DNA of 64,000 bases from Candidatus Hadarchaeum sp. GTDB taxonomy: Archaea > Hadarchaeota > Hadarchaeia > Hadarchaeales > Hadarchaeaceae. The translations under genes and the position numbers were made by a program. The notes under the pieces are model-generated. The model was not told the DNA's origin. It saw only the letters and a list, made by a program, of their open reading frames with translations, and did no database searches. This document shows, piece after piece, positions 37,978 to 47,266 of this stretch (within the stretch, counting starts at the first letter, position 1; every line of letters starts with the position of its first letter). The stretch spans positions 32,001 to 96,000 of the forward strand of contig NZ_JAVZIN010000006.1 of the NCBI RefSeq assembly GCF_038871235.1, in the 5' to 3' direction.

Positions 37978-39057
37978 TCAACTCAAATTTATCGCGTTGA
38001 CTGGGCAAAGCGTGGCGCAGAGACCGCAGCCGAAGCAGGCAGTTTCATCCACCCTCGCCACGCCACCTTGCACTTTTATCGCCGCATAGGCACAAGCCCG
38101 TTGGCAGAGACCGCAACCGTTGCACAGATCGTGATTAATGCTTGGAATTATTCGGGAAAATAACGGTTCTTCATTGAGAAGTTTCAATGATAAGCCTCGA
38201 ATTTCCTCCAAACTATTATAACCAAGCGCTTTGATTACCTCACTAATTTCTTCTACTATTTTTGAGAAAACCCCCAATCCTCTGAGGATTGCCGCGGTGT
38301 GAAGGTGAATGCAGGTGGCTCCCGCCATCAGGAATTCGATTGCGTCCTTACCGTTGCTGATGCCCCCACCCCCGACAACAGGTATTCTTACACTTTTGGC
38401 CATTTCAGCGACGCATCTCAGCGCCAGCGGTTTTATGGCTGGTCCGGAGAGATAGCCGTACCCGAATTTTGAGCCCAGCAATGGTCTGCCCGTCCTCGCG
38501 TCGATGGCCAGCACCGGCCCCAGCGTGTTGATTCCGGAGATATAGTCTGCCCCAGCTCTTTCAATCCCCTTAGCGTATCGCGGGATGTCTGATATATTTG
38601 GGCCAATTTTGACTCCGAGGGGGATGACAACCGCTTCCTTGATTTTGCGGATGTTTTCCTGTAGCTGTTCAAGCGAGGGGTTGCTGATGGGCAATTCCAG
38701 CATGTCGGCGCCGGCCTCTTCCAGAAGCTTGGCCATTCTCACTTCCTCATCAATGTCACCAAGAATGCTGACTATTACCGGCTTCTTTCCCTCTTTGGCG
38801 ATCTTCATCTGTCTGCAAATCTGTTCGGCGCTGAGGGCGGACCAATCGTGATTGATCATGGTACCTCCTTGGAGAGCAATCATGCAAGGTCGGGGGGTAT
38901 CCTCCTCTCTTGGATACACAGTTTTAGCCACGATTGCTCCGATGCCATAATGTTCCGCGGCCCTCTTGATCGCAGGACCATCCTTGCTCAAAGGTCCCGG
39001 TGCCAGAACGGTTGGGAATTCCAGCCTTAGGTCCGCGAGTTTTACCGTAAGATCCAG
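37978..39057 (-). CDS. Dihydroorotate/dihydropyrimidine dehydrogenase (PreA-like) FMN protein with C-terminal 2x[4Fe-4S]
   Basis: AKT, VKIGP, INT, SGPAIKP, GGGI, two CxxCxxCxxxC motifs; family-like N-terminus DLTVKLADL...PGP begins at CTG 39057. Confidence 0.82.
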   Translation of the reverse strand: MDLTVKLADLRLEFPTVLAPGPLSKDGPAIKRAAEHYGIGAIVAKTVYPREEDTPRPCMIALQGGTMINHDWSALSAEQICRQMKIAKEGKKPVIVSILGDIDEEVRMAKLLEEAGADMLELPISNPSLEQLQENIRKIKEAVVIPLGVKIGPNISDIPRYAKGIERAGADYISGINTLGPVLAIDARTGRPLLGSKFGYGYLSGPAIKPLALRCVAEMAKSVRIPVVGGGGISNGKDAIEFLMAGATCIHLHTAAILRGLGVFSKIVEEISEVIKALGYNSLEEIRGLSLKLLNEEPLFSRIIPSINHDLCNGCGLCQRACAYAAIKVQGGVARVDETACFGCGLCATLCPVNAINLS

Positions 39058-39070
39058 CGTTTTTTCACCC

Positions 39071-40462
39071 TCAGCGCTCGGGCAGTGTCCAGACGGGATT
39101 TATCGGCGTTTCGATGGCGCGCCTCTGATACTTCTCTGCTTGGCGCTGTGCTCTTTCGAGCAGTTTTTCCTCATCGACGGTTAGAATCTTTTTGTTGTCC
39201 ACCACAATTTTACCATCCACGATGACGGTATCAACATCAGAACCTCGGCAACTAAAAGCTAAAACTTCAAGCTTGTTCAGAGCCGGAGTCAGTTTTGCCT
39301 TACCAGAAAAATCAACGATAATTATGTCGGCTTTCTTGTTAGGTTCCAAGGATCCGATTTCCTTCTCCCGGCCCAGAACCTTGGCGCCGCCCATAGTGGC
39401 CAGATGGAGGGCTTGTGTAGCTGGCAAGAGCCCGTCGTCGAGGTAGTAAAGACGGAGCATGGCCATCGAGAAGGTCATCAGCTCAAACATGTCATAGATG
39501 TTGACGCCGTCTATACCGAGGCCGACTTTGCCGTTCCTTTTGATCAGCTCCACAGCCGGGGCCAGCCCATTGGCGTAAAAGGCATTACTTTTGATGTTGA
39601 AGGACAGGCCAACGTTGTTTCGCCGCCAGATCTCCAGTTCATTCTTAGAAATGTAGATTCCGTGGGCGGCATCAACGTCCGAACCCAGAAAGCCGATTGA
39701 GTCGAGAAACTCAACTGAGCCACCAACTTGGTATTTCTTTTTTATCATCTCAACCTCATAGGTGCTCTGGGCGATGTGAATCTGGATACCACAGTTGTGC
39801 TTATCAGCTATCTCCCGCGCTTTTTTCAGCGTTTCCGGAGTGCAGGAGAAGCAGGTGTGTACCCCCATCATTCCTTGGACGCGGGCGTCTTTCTTGTAAT
39901 TTCTTTTTTTGATGAAATTTTCATTTTCCTTGAGTCCCATTTTCCCTTTGGCGAGACTTACCCGGTCGGTGGTTTCAAAGGAAAGGAAGGCTCGAATTCC
40001 GGCTTCGTCGCAGGCCCTGCCCGCCGAGTCAAGCGCCCCAGGAAGAAGATTCTGTCCTTCTTGAAGATCCGCGGTGCAGGTAATTCCATTTTTCAGCATC
40101 TCCACCGAGGCGAGGAGGATTCCGGTGTAGACATCCTCCTTGGTGCATGTATCCTCAATTTTAGGCCACCACCAGCGCGTGAGAAGGCTGCCGAAATCAG
40201 AAGCTATCTCTGGTGGTAAAGGGATATTCATGTAACGGGTTAAAGAGTTATACATGTGGTTGTGAGGTGTTACGAAACCGGGCATTATTGCTTTACCCTT
40301 GGCGTCAATAATTTCTTCAGCATGATATTTTTTCTTGATCTCCGAAGTCGTACCCACGGCCAAGATTCGGTTTCCCTCAACGACCAAAGCGCCGTCTTCT
40401 ATAACCCTGTTCATCTGATCCATGGTGACCAAAAATCCATGCTCTATGATGAAATCTGCCAT
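39071..40462 (-). CDS. Amidohydrolase (SsnA/MtaD-like)
   Basis: TPHNH, HIAQS, AAHG, LGIDG, KKADI; start moved to MADFII (40462). Confidence 0.88.
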   Translation of the reverse strand: MADFIIEHGFLVTMDQMNRVIEDGALVVEGNRILAVGTTSEIKKKYHAEEIIDAKGKAIMPGFVTPHNHMYNSLTRYMNIPLPPEIASDFGSLLTRWWWPKIEDTCTKEDVYTGILLASVEMLKNGITCTADLQEGQNLLPGALDSAGRACDEAGIRAFLSFETTDRVSLAKGKMGLKENENFIKKRNYKKDARVQGMMGVHTCFSCTPETLKKAREIADKHNCGIQIHIAQSTYEVEMIKKKYQVGGSVEFLDSIGFLGSDVDAAHGIYISKNELEIWRRNNVGLSFNIKSNAFYANGLAPAVELIKRNGKVGLGIDGVNIYDMFELMTFSMAMLRLYYLDDGLLPATQALHLATMGGAKVLGREKEIGSLEPNKKADIIIVDFSGKAKLTPALNKLEVLAFSCRGSDVDTVIVDGKIVVDNKKILTVDEEKLLERAQRQAEKYQRRAIETPINPVWTLPER

Positions 40463-40604
40463 AGTTCCTGTTGAATATAAGCAAAATTCAATAAAAACTT
40501 TTTGAAAATCAGCATCTATGAATAATTGGTCAGAACCTGTGTTGTATCGAAAGATAGTGTTCAAACAAAAAAGTAAAAAAATCCTCTAGAGGTTAGAATT
40601 TTCT

Positions 40605-41642
40605 CTAGAGGGTGATGCTCTGGACTAGTTCTTTTACATTTATTTTGCCGGATATGATGTCCTGTTTTGCCTGTTCCATTTCATCCAGAACGGTTTGTGG
40701 TATTTTGTCCTTGAGGGCATAGAACGGAGTCAACGTGACACCACCTGTCTTTAGATCAGCCGGGTAAATCGACTTGAATTGACCTGCTTTGATATCGAGC
40801 ATTATTGTCTTGTAGTGTGAGTATGAGTCCCATATTGCGCTGGTCACGATAATGTTGGGGTTGATTGAGTGGGTGTCTCCTTCACAGCCAAAGACATAAG
40901 CCTTACCAGTTTCTTGCGCGGCCATGATGGCTCCCAGCACCGGACCGTCGGTCATGGGGGCGAGAAAGTCCGCACCTGATTCGATCTGCGCCATTGCTGC
41001 TTCCTTACCCAGAGTTGCGTCCATGAAGCTACCGGTGACTGCATAGAGGACGGTAGCGTGCGGGTTCACGCTTAGGACCCCTGCCTTAAACCCTTTAGAC
41101 CATTCGACGATTCCCGGAACTTCAAGTGGACAAAGGGTGCCGACAATATTGGTCTTGGTCATTCTGCCTGCTAGAATTCCAAGCAGGTAGTAGGCCTCTT
41201 CCAAGTATGACCAGACAACCGAAGCATTTGACGGGAAATCCGGAGCCAGCAAAGCCGTGGTGACAAAGTACGAATTGGGGTATTTTTGGGCAGCTTCTCT
41301 AGTGGTGTCAACAAACTGAGCGCCATGTTGGATTATCAGATCATAGCCTTCCGCAGCATATCCGCTTGCAATTCTCACGGCGTCTGGTACCGCAACCTGT
41401 TCCGTGTAGGAGAATTTGTCAGCTACTCCCTCGGCCACCAGCCTCGAAACGGCCTGGTAAGCAGGACCGTTCCAGGTAAGATCGGTTATCACGTCCGGCA
41501 GCAGTAGGGCTATTTTCCACTGCTTGGTCGGTTGCGAAGTTGTGGTAGTAGTGCCTCCGGGCTGGGTTGCAACGTAAGCGGCTGCCACTGCGATAATTGC
41601 TATCACTAAAATAACTCCGGCAATCATTCCAGTTTTTGGCAT
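40605..41642 (-). CDS. BMP-family (nucleoside/purine) ABC substrate-binding protein
   Basis: N-terminal membrane anchor plus Thr linker, DLTWN, GYDLIIQHG, AGRMTKT, GSFMD...GKEAA. Confidence 0.85.
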   Translation of the reverse strand: MPKTGMIAGVILVIAIIAVAAAYVATQPGGTTTTTSQPTKQWKIALLLPDVITDLTWNGPAYQAVSRLVAEGVADKFSYTEQVAVPDAVRIASGYAAEGYDLIIQHGAQFVDTTREAAQKYPNSYFVTTALLAPDFPSNASVVWSYLEEAYYLLGILAGRMTKTNIVGTLCPLEVPGIVEWSKGFKAGVLSVNPHATVLYAVTGSFMDATLGKEAAMAQIESGADFLAPMTDGPVLGAIMAAQETGKAYVFGCEGDTHSINPNIIVTSAIWDSYSHYKTIMLDIKAGQFKSIYPADLKTGGVTLTPFYALKDKIPQTVLDEMEQAKQDIISGKINVKELVQSITL

Positions 41643-41815
41643 TCTTAACCTCCACCTGGAAACTTAAAGTTAAGTCAATATAAATGTTTGGCTAATTTTT
41701 AATTTCAGCAACATGGGTTAGTTAAGTTGGTCTATTTGCAAGTAGCTTTTGAGCTGGGATTAGACTAGAAAGTAATCGTTTATTAGCATGTGGAAGAGTA
41801 GATAGGGGGTGAATC

Positions 41816-42214
41816 GTGTTCAAAAATATGGTTCTCTGCATAACCGAAGCGACACCGGAGGAAGTGGTCCAGGTTGCCATAAAGCTCTCTTCAAAGGAAA
41901 CTAAAGTTTACGCGTTACATGTGGTGCGGCTCCTGACTGAGTTCTCCAAAAAGGAGGCCCTTGAAAGATTTTCTTGGGTCATCGATGCCTTTGAGAAGAA
42001 GGGATTGAAGAGCCAGCTGGAAATTATTGAGTCCACGGACGTTGGCCGGGCCATCGTTTCCTTTGCCAAGAAAAACTCATGTGACGTGATCGTTACCGGT
42101 ACCATTCCAAAGAGAGGGCTGCTCGGCGCTTTTTCCGAGAGCATTTCGGATTATATAGTAAAGTATGCTCCCTGCACTGTGATATTAGTGAGAAAAGCAA
42201 GCCTCCCGGTATAG
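41816..42214 (+). CDS. Universal stress protein (USP)
   Basis: ALHVV, DVIVTG, SISDYIVKYAPCTVILVR. Confidence 0.85.
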   Translation: MFKNMVLCITEATPEEVVQVAIKLSSKETKVYALHVVRLLTEFSKKEALERFSWVIDAFEKKGLKSQLEIIESTDVGRAIVSFAKKNSCDVIVTGTIPKRGLLGAFSESISDYIVKYAPCTVILVRKASLPV

Positions 42215-42249
42215 TTATAACTTGATGATGACCAACAGCAGGTAATCTT

Positions 42250-43620
42250 ATGAACTTGCTTTCGATAGCGCCCATCTTAGTCTTTGCTGCAACAATTTTT
42301 CTTGTCTTCAAACATCCCATTGTCAGAATTCCCTTTACTCGGAGGCATATCCACATAGATTATGGTTTGGCCCCGCTGCTGGGTGTGCTTGTTTTATTGG
42401 TGGTTGGTTCCATCAATCTCGATACCATTTCTCGAGGAATATTTGGCTCGGATATGGTGACTCCGTATGCGATAATAATACTGATCATCACGCTGTCCTA
42501 CATCTGCGTTTCCTTGGACTATACCGGGCTTTTTGAATACGTTTCGCTTCACTTCGCTCGCGCTTCAAAGGGATACGGAAGGAGGCTCTTCATCTATTTT
42601 TTCCTCCTCAGCAGTTTGCTCACCTTGGTAACCGACAATGATATAGTGATACTGACAATGACGCCGATAATATTTTACTACAGCCAGCGCGCAAGAGTGA
42701 ATCCGGTTCCCTATCTCATCGCTCAGTTCTTTGCCGCGAACATCCTGAGCATGACTTTATACATCGGCAACCCGGCCAACATCATAGCAGCCGATTCCGT
42801 AGGGGTGACCTTCTTGGAGTTTTCAAAATGGATGCTGATTCCTTCGGTTGTGGCGATGATTACCTGCTTGGCTTTCCTGGTCTTGGTTTTCTGGAAGAAT
42901 CTACCGGTGAAGACGGAGATGCCCGATGTAGACCCAAAGTTGGCCATAAAGAACAAGTGGGGAGCAATTTTTGGCACGGTTCTGTTTATCACCACCATTG
43001 TTTTGATGAGCATCCCTACCAGTATTCTTAGGATGCCGCTGTGGGTATTAACTTCTATCTCAGCAGGAATAATGGTTCTCTTTGACATTTTGTACTATCA
43101 TTTCGTTGGACCTAATATGGCTGGGCATCGATCCAGCATTTCCATCATAGGTTCAAGGATGCCTTGGAAGACGATACCATTTGTCCTAGGCCTGTTCATA
43201 ATTGTTGAGGATCTGGTTTCAAAAGGGTGGACAGATTTCCTCGCCTCACAGTTTACTCCGTTCACCGGAAACCTGTTTGCTTCAGTAGTGGGGTTCATGT
43301 TTTTGACATCCTTTGCCGCGAGCTTCATGAACAATCATCCGATGACCATATTTTTTGTAAGGATATTCCAGAGTTCTTCATTCAACGGTTCAGCCGTGGC
43401 GCGGATGGGGTCAACCTTAGCATTGATAGCCGGGGCCAATTTTGGTGCCAATTTGACGTTGGTGGGGGCGCTCGCAGGAATCATGTGGGTCAGCATTTTA
43501 TCTGAAAAGGGCATCCAGATTTCATTTTCACAGTTCTCCAAATACGGTGTTTTGGTGATGCCATTTGTCATCTTTTCAGCAGGATTGGCCCTGGCTCTTG
43601 AACTAATGTTGTGGACTTGA
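42250..43620 (+). CDS. ArsB/NhaD-family (ion transporter superfamily) permease
   Basis: Multiple TM helices, TDNDIVIL, IGNPAN, NNHP, NFGANLTLVGALAG. Confidence 0.85.
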   Translation: MNLLSIAPILVFAATIFLVFKHPIVRIPFTRRHIHIDYGLAPLLGVLVLLVVGSINLDTISRGIFGSDMVTPYAIIILIITLSYICVSLDYTGLFEYVSLHFARASKGYGRRLFIYFFLLSSLLTLVTDNDIVILTMTPIIFYYSQRARVNPVPYLIAQFFAANILSMTLYIGNPANIIAADSVGVTFLEFSKWMLIPSVVAMITCLAFLVLVFWKNLPVKTEMPDVDPKLAIKNKWGAIFGTVLFITTIVLMSIPTSILRMPLWVLTSISAGIMVLFDILYYHFVGPNMAGHRSSISIIGSRMPWKTIPFVLGLFIIVEDLVSKGWTDFLASQFTPFTGNLFASVVGFMFLTSFAASFMNNHPMTIFFVRIFQSSSFNGSAVARMGSTLALIAGANFGANLTLVGALAGIMWVSILSEKGIQISFSQFSKYGVLVMPFVIFSAGLALALELMLWT

Positions 43621-43750
43621 TTATCATCGGTGTGCTAGCGGTAGCAGGGCATCACGAAGCAGGGTAATATTTTATATACTATTTCGCAATTTGGCAGTTG
43701 AAAATTTGCCTTGTTTTAAACACGTGTTGTTCAAATTTTTGGCGGGTGTG

Positions 43751-44131
43751 ATGTCCTCTGGTTTGGCAGCGTCCGATGTTGTAAGGGCAATGATGCGAGC
43801 CGGTTATCAGCGAGGGGAAATATACGATTTGTTGGTTGAAACTGGTTTAAAAGGGGAACAGGCCCAGCTCTTGATAGAAAGGGTAGCGGTTGAGCTTCAT
43901 CAAACAAACATAGAATCTAGGCCATCACGCATCGCAGCGGAGGTAAGCAAGTTGTTTTTGGATTCATTTAATAACTTTGTCCAAGAAACACGATCTCGGG
44001 ATGACTTATTTTCACTAAAGCAGGACATAATAAAAAATGAGTTAGAGAAACTGGAGCAAGCCTTAACCCAGCTAGCGCAACGAGCGCGGAAGAAAAATCG
44101 AAAGAGAACGAAAAAACCAGCGAAAAGATAA
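43751..44131 (+). CDS. Hypothetical helical/coiled-coil protein
   Basis: Open frame with plausible composition and basic tail; ATG 43751 after GGGTGTG; no family recognised. Confidence 0.55.
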   Translation: MSSGLAASDVVRAMMRAGYQRGEIYDLLVETGLKGEQAQLLIERVAVELHQTNIESRPSRIAAEVSKLFLDSFNNFVQETRSRDDLFSLKQDIIKNELEKLEQALTQLAQRARKKNRKRTKKPAKR

Positions 44132-44143
44132 CAGGAGCCATGT

Positions 44144-45322
44144 TTATAGGACAATTATCAGAAAAGGTTCGGGACTGACGATGGTGATGACGGTGGTAAA
44201 CTTCTTTTCTGAGAATACCCAGCGATAAGCGAGTGGAAGGTGGGCACAAAAACTACCGTAAATAACGGGGATGGTTGGGTAATCAAAGTCGAATATTTCC
44301 TCGATCGGTTCTTCCTCGGTTTCAAGGGTAATTTCCCATTGGCCCCACCAGACAGTGGCTCCAGAGGTTCCCAGAGGAATTGGCGTGGCGGTGGGCAAGC
44401 CCATCAATCCTGCAGGGTCTTGGCGTTGAAAGATAATGTCCTTGGACCTGAGGTCGCGGTAAACCGATATTCCTGGAATTTCTTTCAACGGAGCAGGTGG
44501 TAAGAGTTCGTAGATATTTTCACGGCAAAGGATTCCAAAATTATCACCACGCCCCGCCGACGAATCGATGCCAGTCAGGATTTCAGTGAACACCGTTGCC
44601 CAGTAGTCGGTTGATCCAAAGGTTTCGAGTTCTTGAATGGCCCAAGCGGCTTCAAACGCCGTTTTGGTTTTGGAGCGGTCAAGTACTACTTTTTTAGATA
44701 AGATTAAATCAGTCAAAACTTTGGAGTACTCCAGCGTTGTCCAGAGTCCAATGAGGTTTCCTTTTTTCTTGACAAATTCATCCATCTTTCGTGCCAAAAG
44801 AAAATATCTTGAGTCCACCAGAAGATCAACATTATCAAATGGAATTGAAATCTTGGCGTTGCTGTCCCACGTAGTAATTTTTATCCTCGCCTCTTTGGGC
44901 AGAGAGACCGTGGCGTGCACGAAGCCACCAGCGGCCTCTGAAATTTTTACCAGAGACCGCTCCGCTTCTTCAGGGACAATGAGTTCAATTCTGGCGTCAT
45001 GTTCACTGAATTTAATCTCCGATATTAGTGTGTGAAAATATTTTGTCGCCCGGATTTCGATTTCCTGCAGCCTGTTTTCGGGGTAATCACTGGCTACCTT
45101 GCTTACCTCCCATAGGGCTTGATAAACCGCACGTTTGGCAATCAATTGCAGATTGCCGTGAATCTCCGCGGCAGTCGTAACAAGGAAGGACAGCGAGGAG
45201 TCATAGGCGATGCCCAGCGATTCTTGATGCCGGAAAAACTCTGCCTGAGCAACTACAGCGATGATGACAATCACTATGATTGCCCCAGCAGCGCTGAAGG
45301 GGACGAAGCCCTTTTCTTTCAT
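44144..45322 (-). CDS. Large pilin-associated protein with class III-like signal peptide
   Basis: MKEKG/FVPFSAAGAIIVIVII; last gene of a translationally coupled cluster. Confidence 0.65.
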   Translation of the reverse strand: MKEKGFVPFSAAGAIIVIVIIAVVAQAEFFRHQESLGIAYDSSLSFLVTTAAEIHGNLQLIAKRAVYQALWEVSKVASDYPENRLQEIEIRATKYFHTLISEIKFSEHDARIELIVPEEAERSLVKISEAAGGFVHATVSLPKEARIKITTWDSNAKISIPFDNVDLLVDSRYFLLARKMDEFVKKKGNLIGLWTTLEYSKVLTDLILSKKVVLDRSKTKTAFEAAWAIQELETFGSTDYWATVFTEILTGIDSSAGRGDNFGILCRENIYELLPPAPLKEIPGISVYRDLRSKDIIFQRQDPAGLMGLPTATPIPLGTSGATVWWGQWEITLETEEEPIEEIFDFDYPTIPVIYGSFCAHLPLAYRWVFSEKKFTTVITIVSPEPFLIIVL

Positions 45323-45993
45323 CAGGACCAAAGCTCCAGTTTAACTTCGATGGTGGTGTCCGTTTCCAGCGGCAATGATAAGGTGAACCCAACCCTATTC
45401 CTGAGTAGATTCATCAGCTCAGCCCCTGAAACGGGCAGTGAAAGCAGCACGGTTTCGGAGCATAGTCTGACCCCAGATGGGGAGAGGTTCTCGATAGTGA
45501 GGTTAAAATCAAGCCCGAAAAGATAAGCTTCTGCTGGCTTGGCTGCTGCCGAAAATCGATATCCAAATCTCTTGCCCACGATGTTGTCGAGCGTAGATTT
45601 AAGAAAAGCGGTCAGCAGCTGGTGCATACCTTCGTTGGACCAAATGGTGACAGTAGTTTTATCACCGATTCTCAGTTGCATGTTTAGCATGACATCTTCG
45701 ATTAGCAATTGGCCGATGCTTTTGTGGCGAAATTTTTTCAGGATTAAATGTTGGATCATCGGTAGCTCCGGTTCCGGGTGCTGGAAACCGGCACGGTAGC
45801 TGAATCCTCCGAATTGATCAGCGGTACAATTCAGCAGGGCGAGAAGAGTATTTCGGGCAAAGCTGGCAGCATATCTTTCTGTAATTATTCCAGCATCCGC
45901 TTGGTTGAAGTTTAATAGGATCACAAAGGACAATGAGACCAAAATCGCGAATATTAACAAGTCGGCGGTATATCCCAGTCCCTGCTCTTTCAG
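45322..45993 (-). CDS. Minor pilin-like protein
   Basis: KEQG/LGYTADLLIFAILVSL; probable CTG start at 45993 after GGAGG (the track extends it to 46062). Confidence 0.6.
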   Translation of the reverse strand: MKEQGLGYTADLLIFAILVSLSFVILLNFNQADAGIITERYAASFARNTLLALLNCTADQFGGFSYRAGFQHPEPELPMIQHLILKKFRHKSIGQLLIEDVMLNMQLRIGDKTTVTIWSNEGMHQLLTAFLKSTLDNIVGKRFGYRFSAAAKPAEAYLFGLDFNLTIENLSPSGVRLCSETVLLSLPVSGAELMNLLRNRVGFTLSLPLETDTTIEVKLELWS

Positions 45994-45994
45994 G

Positions 45995-46429
45995 TTATTC
46001 CCTCCTGAAGTGAACAACCATTTCGCAGAGCTGCACTGATTCATTATCGCAGTAAAGGGCAACTGGAATACTTACATTTAGTTTGAAATTTCCGTTCAGT
46101 CCTTGGGATTGATGCTTTTTGGGATAGAGCAATTCACCAGTAAGTGAGCGGATCTCGACCTGTATCTCTACACCTCTTGAAGATAAAATTTTTGAAAAGT
46201 TTTCTAGGCGTTCTGGTAAAACTGCGATTAGGCCGGGGCTGTTTTCAGGTGCAGCCAGAACGCTGCTGATGAGCGTTTCCGCCGTGTTCAGCGCCAGTTC
46301 GAAGTCTTCAATTTCTTGCCTTTTTTCCGAATAGTTTTGATATGAATTGATCATCGCTGTCGTCAGCATTAGCAGCAACATGGTGGTGAAAAGGGTGGAG
46401 ATTAAATCCTCATCCACCTGAAGGGTCAT
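45995..46429 (-). CDS. Minor pilin-like protein
   Basis: N-terminal Q..DLISTLFTTMLLLML hydrophobic helix; ATGA overlap with the upstream gene. Confidence 0.6.
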   Translation of the reverse strand: MTLQVDEDLISTLFTTMLLLMLTTAMINSYQNYSEKRQEIEDFELALNTAETLISSVLAAPENSPGLIAVLPERLENFSKILSSRGVEIQVEIRSLTGELLYPKKHQSQGLNGNFKLNVSIPVALYCDNESVQLCEMVVHFRRE

Positions 46430-46854
46430 CCAACCAACTCTAGCTCCACCACATCAGATTTTCGGATGATAATCCCCTGAGGGCTTCGCATCGAGAGATG
46501 AAAGTTCCCATTGTTGACGGTTGAGCTTAGGACAAGTGAGCGCTCAATTTTATCCACTGAGATGAGTTGAACGGAGATCATTTGGAGACCGTCGATTAGC
46601 TCTCCAGTAATTGAAACTTCAACTTCTTTCGCAACTTGGGGAAGTTCTCGGTAACACTCCGTCTCGCCGGGAAAATCAGCTATTTTTTCTATAGTGTTAG
46701 TCAAGGTTTTTGCGATCAACTCCAGATCTTCCCTGTCAGTCAATCGACCGGCAGCCGAGCCTATCGCGAGGGCAAAACCGATGAAAGCGATGGCGGCAAA
46801 ACCGATGCCCACCTTACCTAGAAGAAAGACGACCGATGATCCATTCCTTTCCAT
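46426..46854 (-). CDS. Minor pilin-like protein
   Basis: MERNG/SSVVFLLGKVGIGFAAIAF hydrophobic N-terminus. Confidence 0.6.
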   Translation of the reverse strand: MERNGSSVVFLLGKVGIGFAAIAFIGFALAIGSAAGRLTDREDLELIAKTLTNTIEKIADFPGETECYRELPQVAKEVEVSITGELIDGLQMISVQLISVDKIERSLVLSSTVNNGNFHLSMRSPQGIIIRKSDVVELELVG

Positions 46855-46855
46855 T

Positions 46856-47266
46856 TCAGACCGCCTCAATTTTTATAAAGAAAACTCCGTTCTGTTGACA
46901 AATTCTTAAAAGGTAACTGCCGCTCCTGAGTTCATTTTCTCCCCCAAATATTGGGAGCGGTAGCAGCTCGGTCCTGACCGTTCCTTCAATGAAAAGCTGA
47001 ACCAGATTTCCCTTTAGCGCGATTTTTCCATCCCCCAGTTCTATTTCAACCAACCTTGAGTCACTCAGTCCGCCAGCGCAGAGGAGACGGCATTGTTCCA
47101 CGAAGAGATCGAAGCTTTCAACTGCCCGCTGGAAGTGAGATATGCGTTGCGCCCTGCTAATTGTCTCAATTCCAAGAGCAACAGTGCCTGCGGCCATGAT
47201 GGCCCCGAGCATCACAACCACCGGCAGAGATTCCACACCACGACTCTCTTTCCCATGATGGATCAT
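46856..47266 (-). CDS. Archaeal type IV pilin-like protein
   Basis: ESRG/VESLPVVVMLGAIM class III cleavage motif; ATGA overlap at 47263-47266. Confidence 0.65.
   Translation of the reverse strand: MIHHGKESRGVESLPVVVMLGAIMAAGTVALGIETISRAQRISHFQRAVESFDLFVEQCRLLCAGGLSDSRLVEIELGDGKIALKGNLVQLFIEGTVRTELLPLPIFGGENELRSGSYLLRICQQNGVFFIKIEAV

Noticed and set aside
18632-41732. Similar 17-mers ending GTTGGTC at 18632 and 41716 as a regulon motif
   Set aside because: Only 12 of 17 positions match, two instances, weak symmetry
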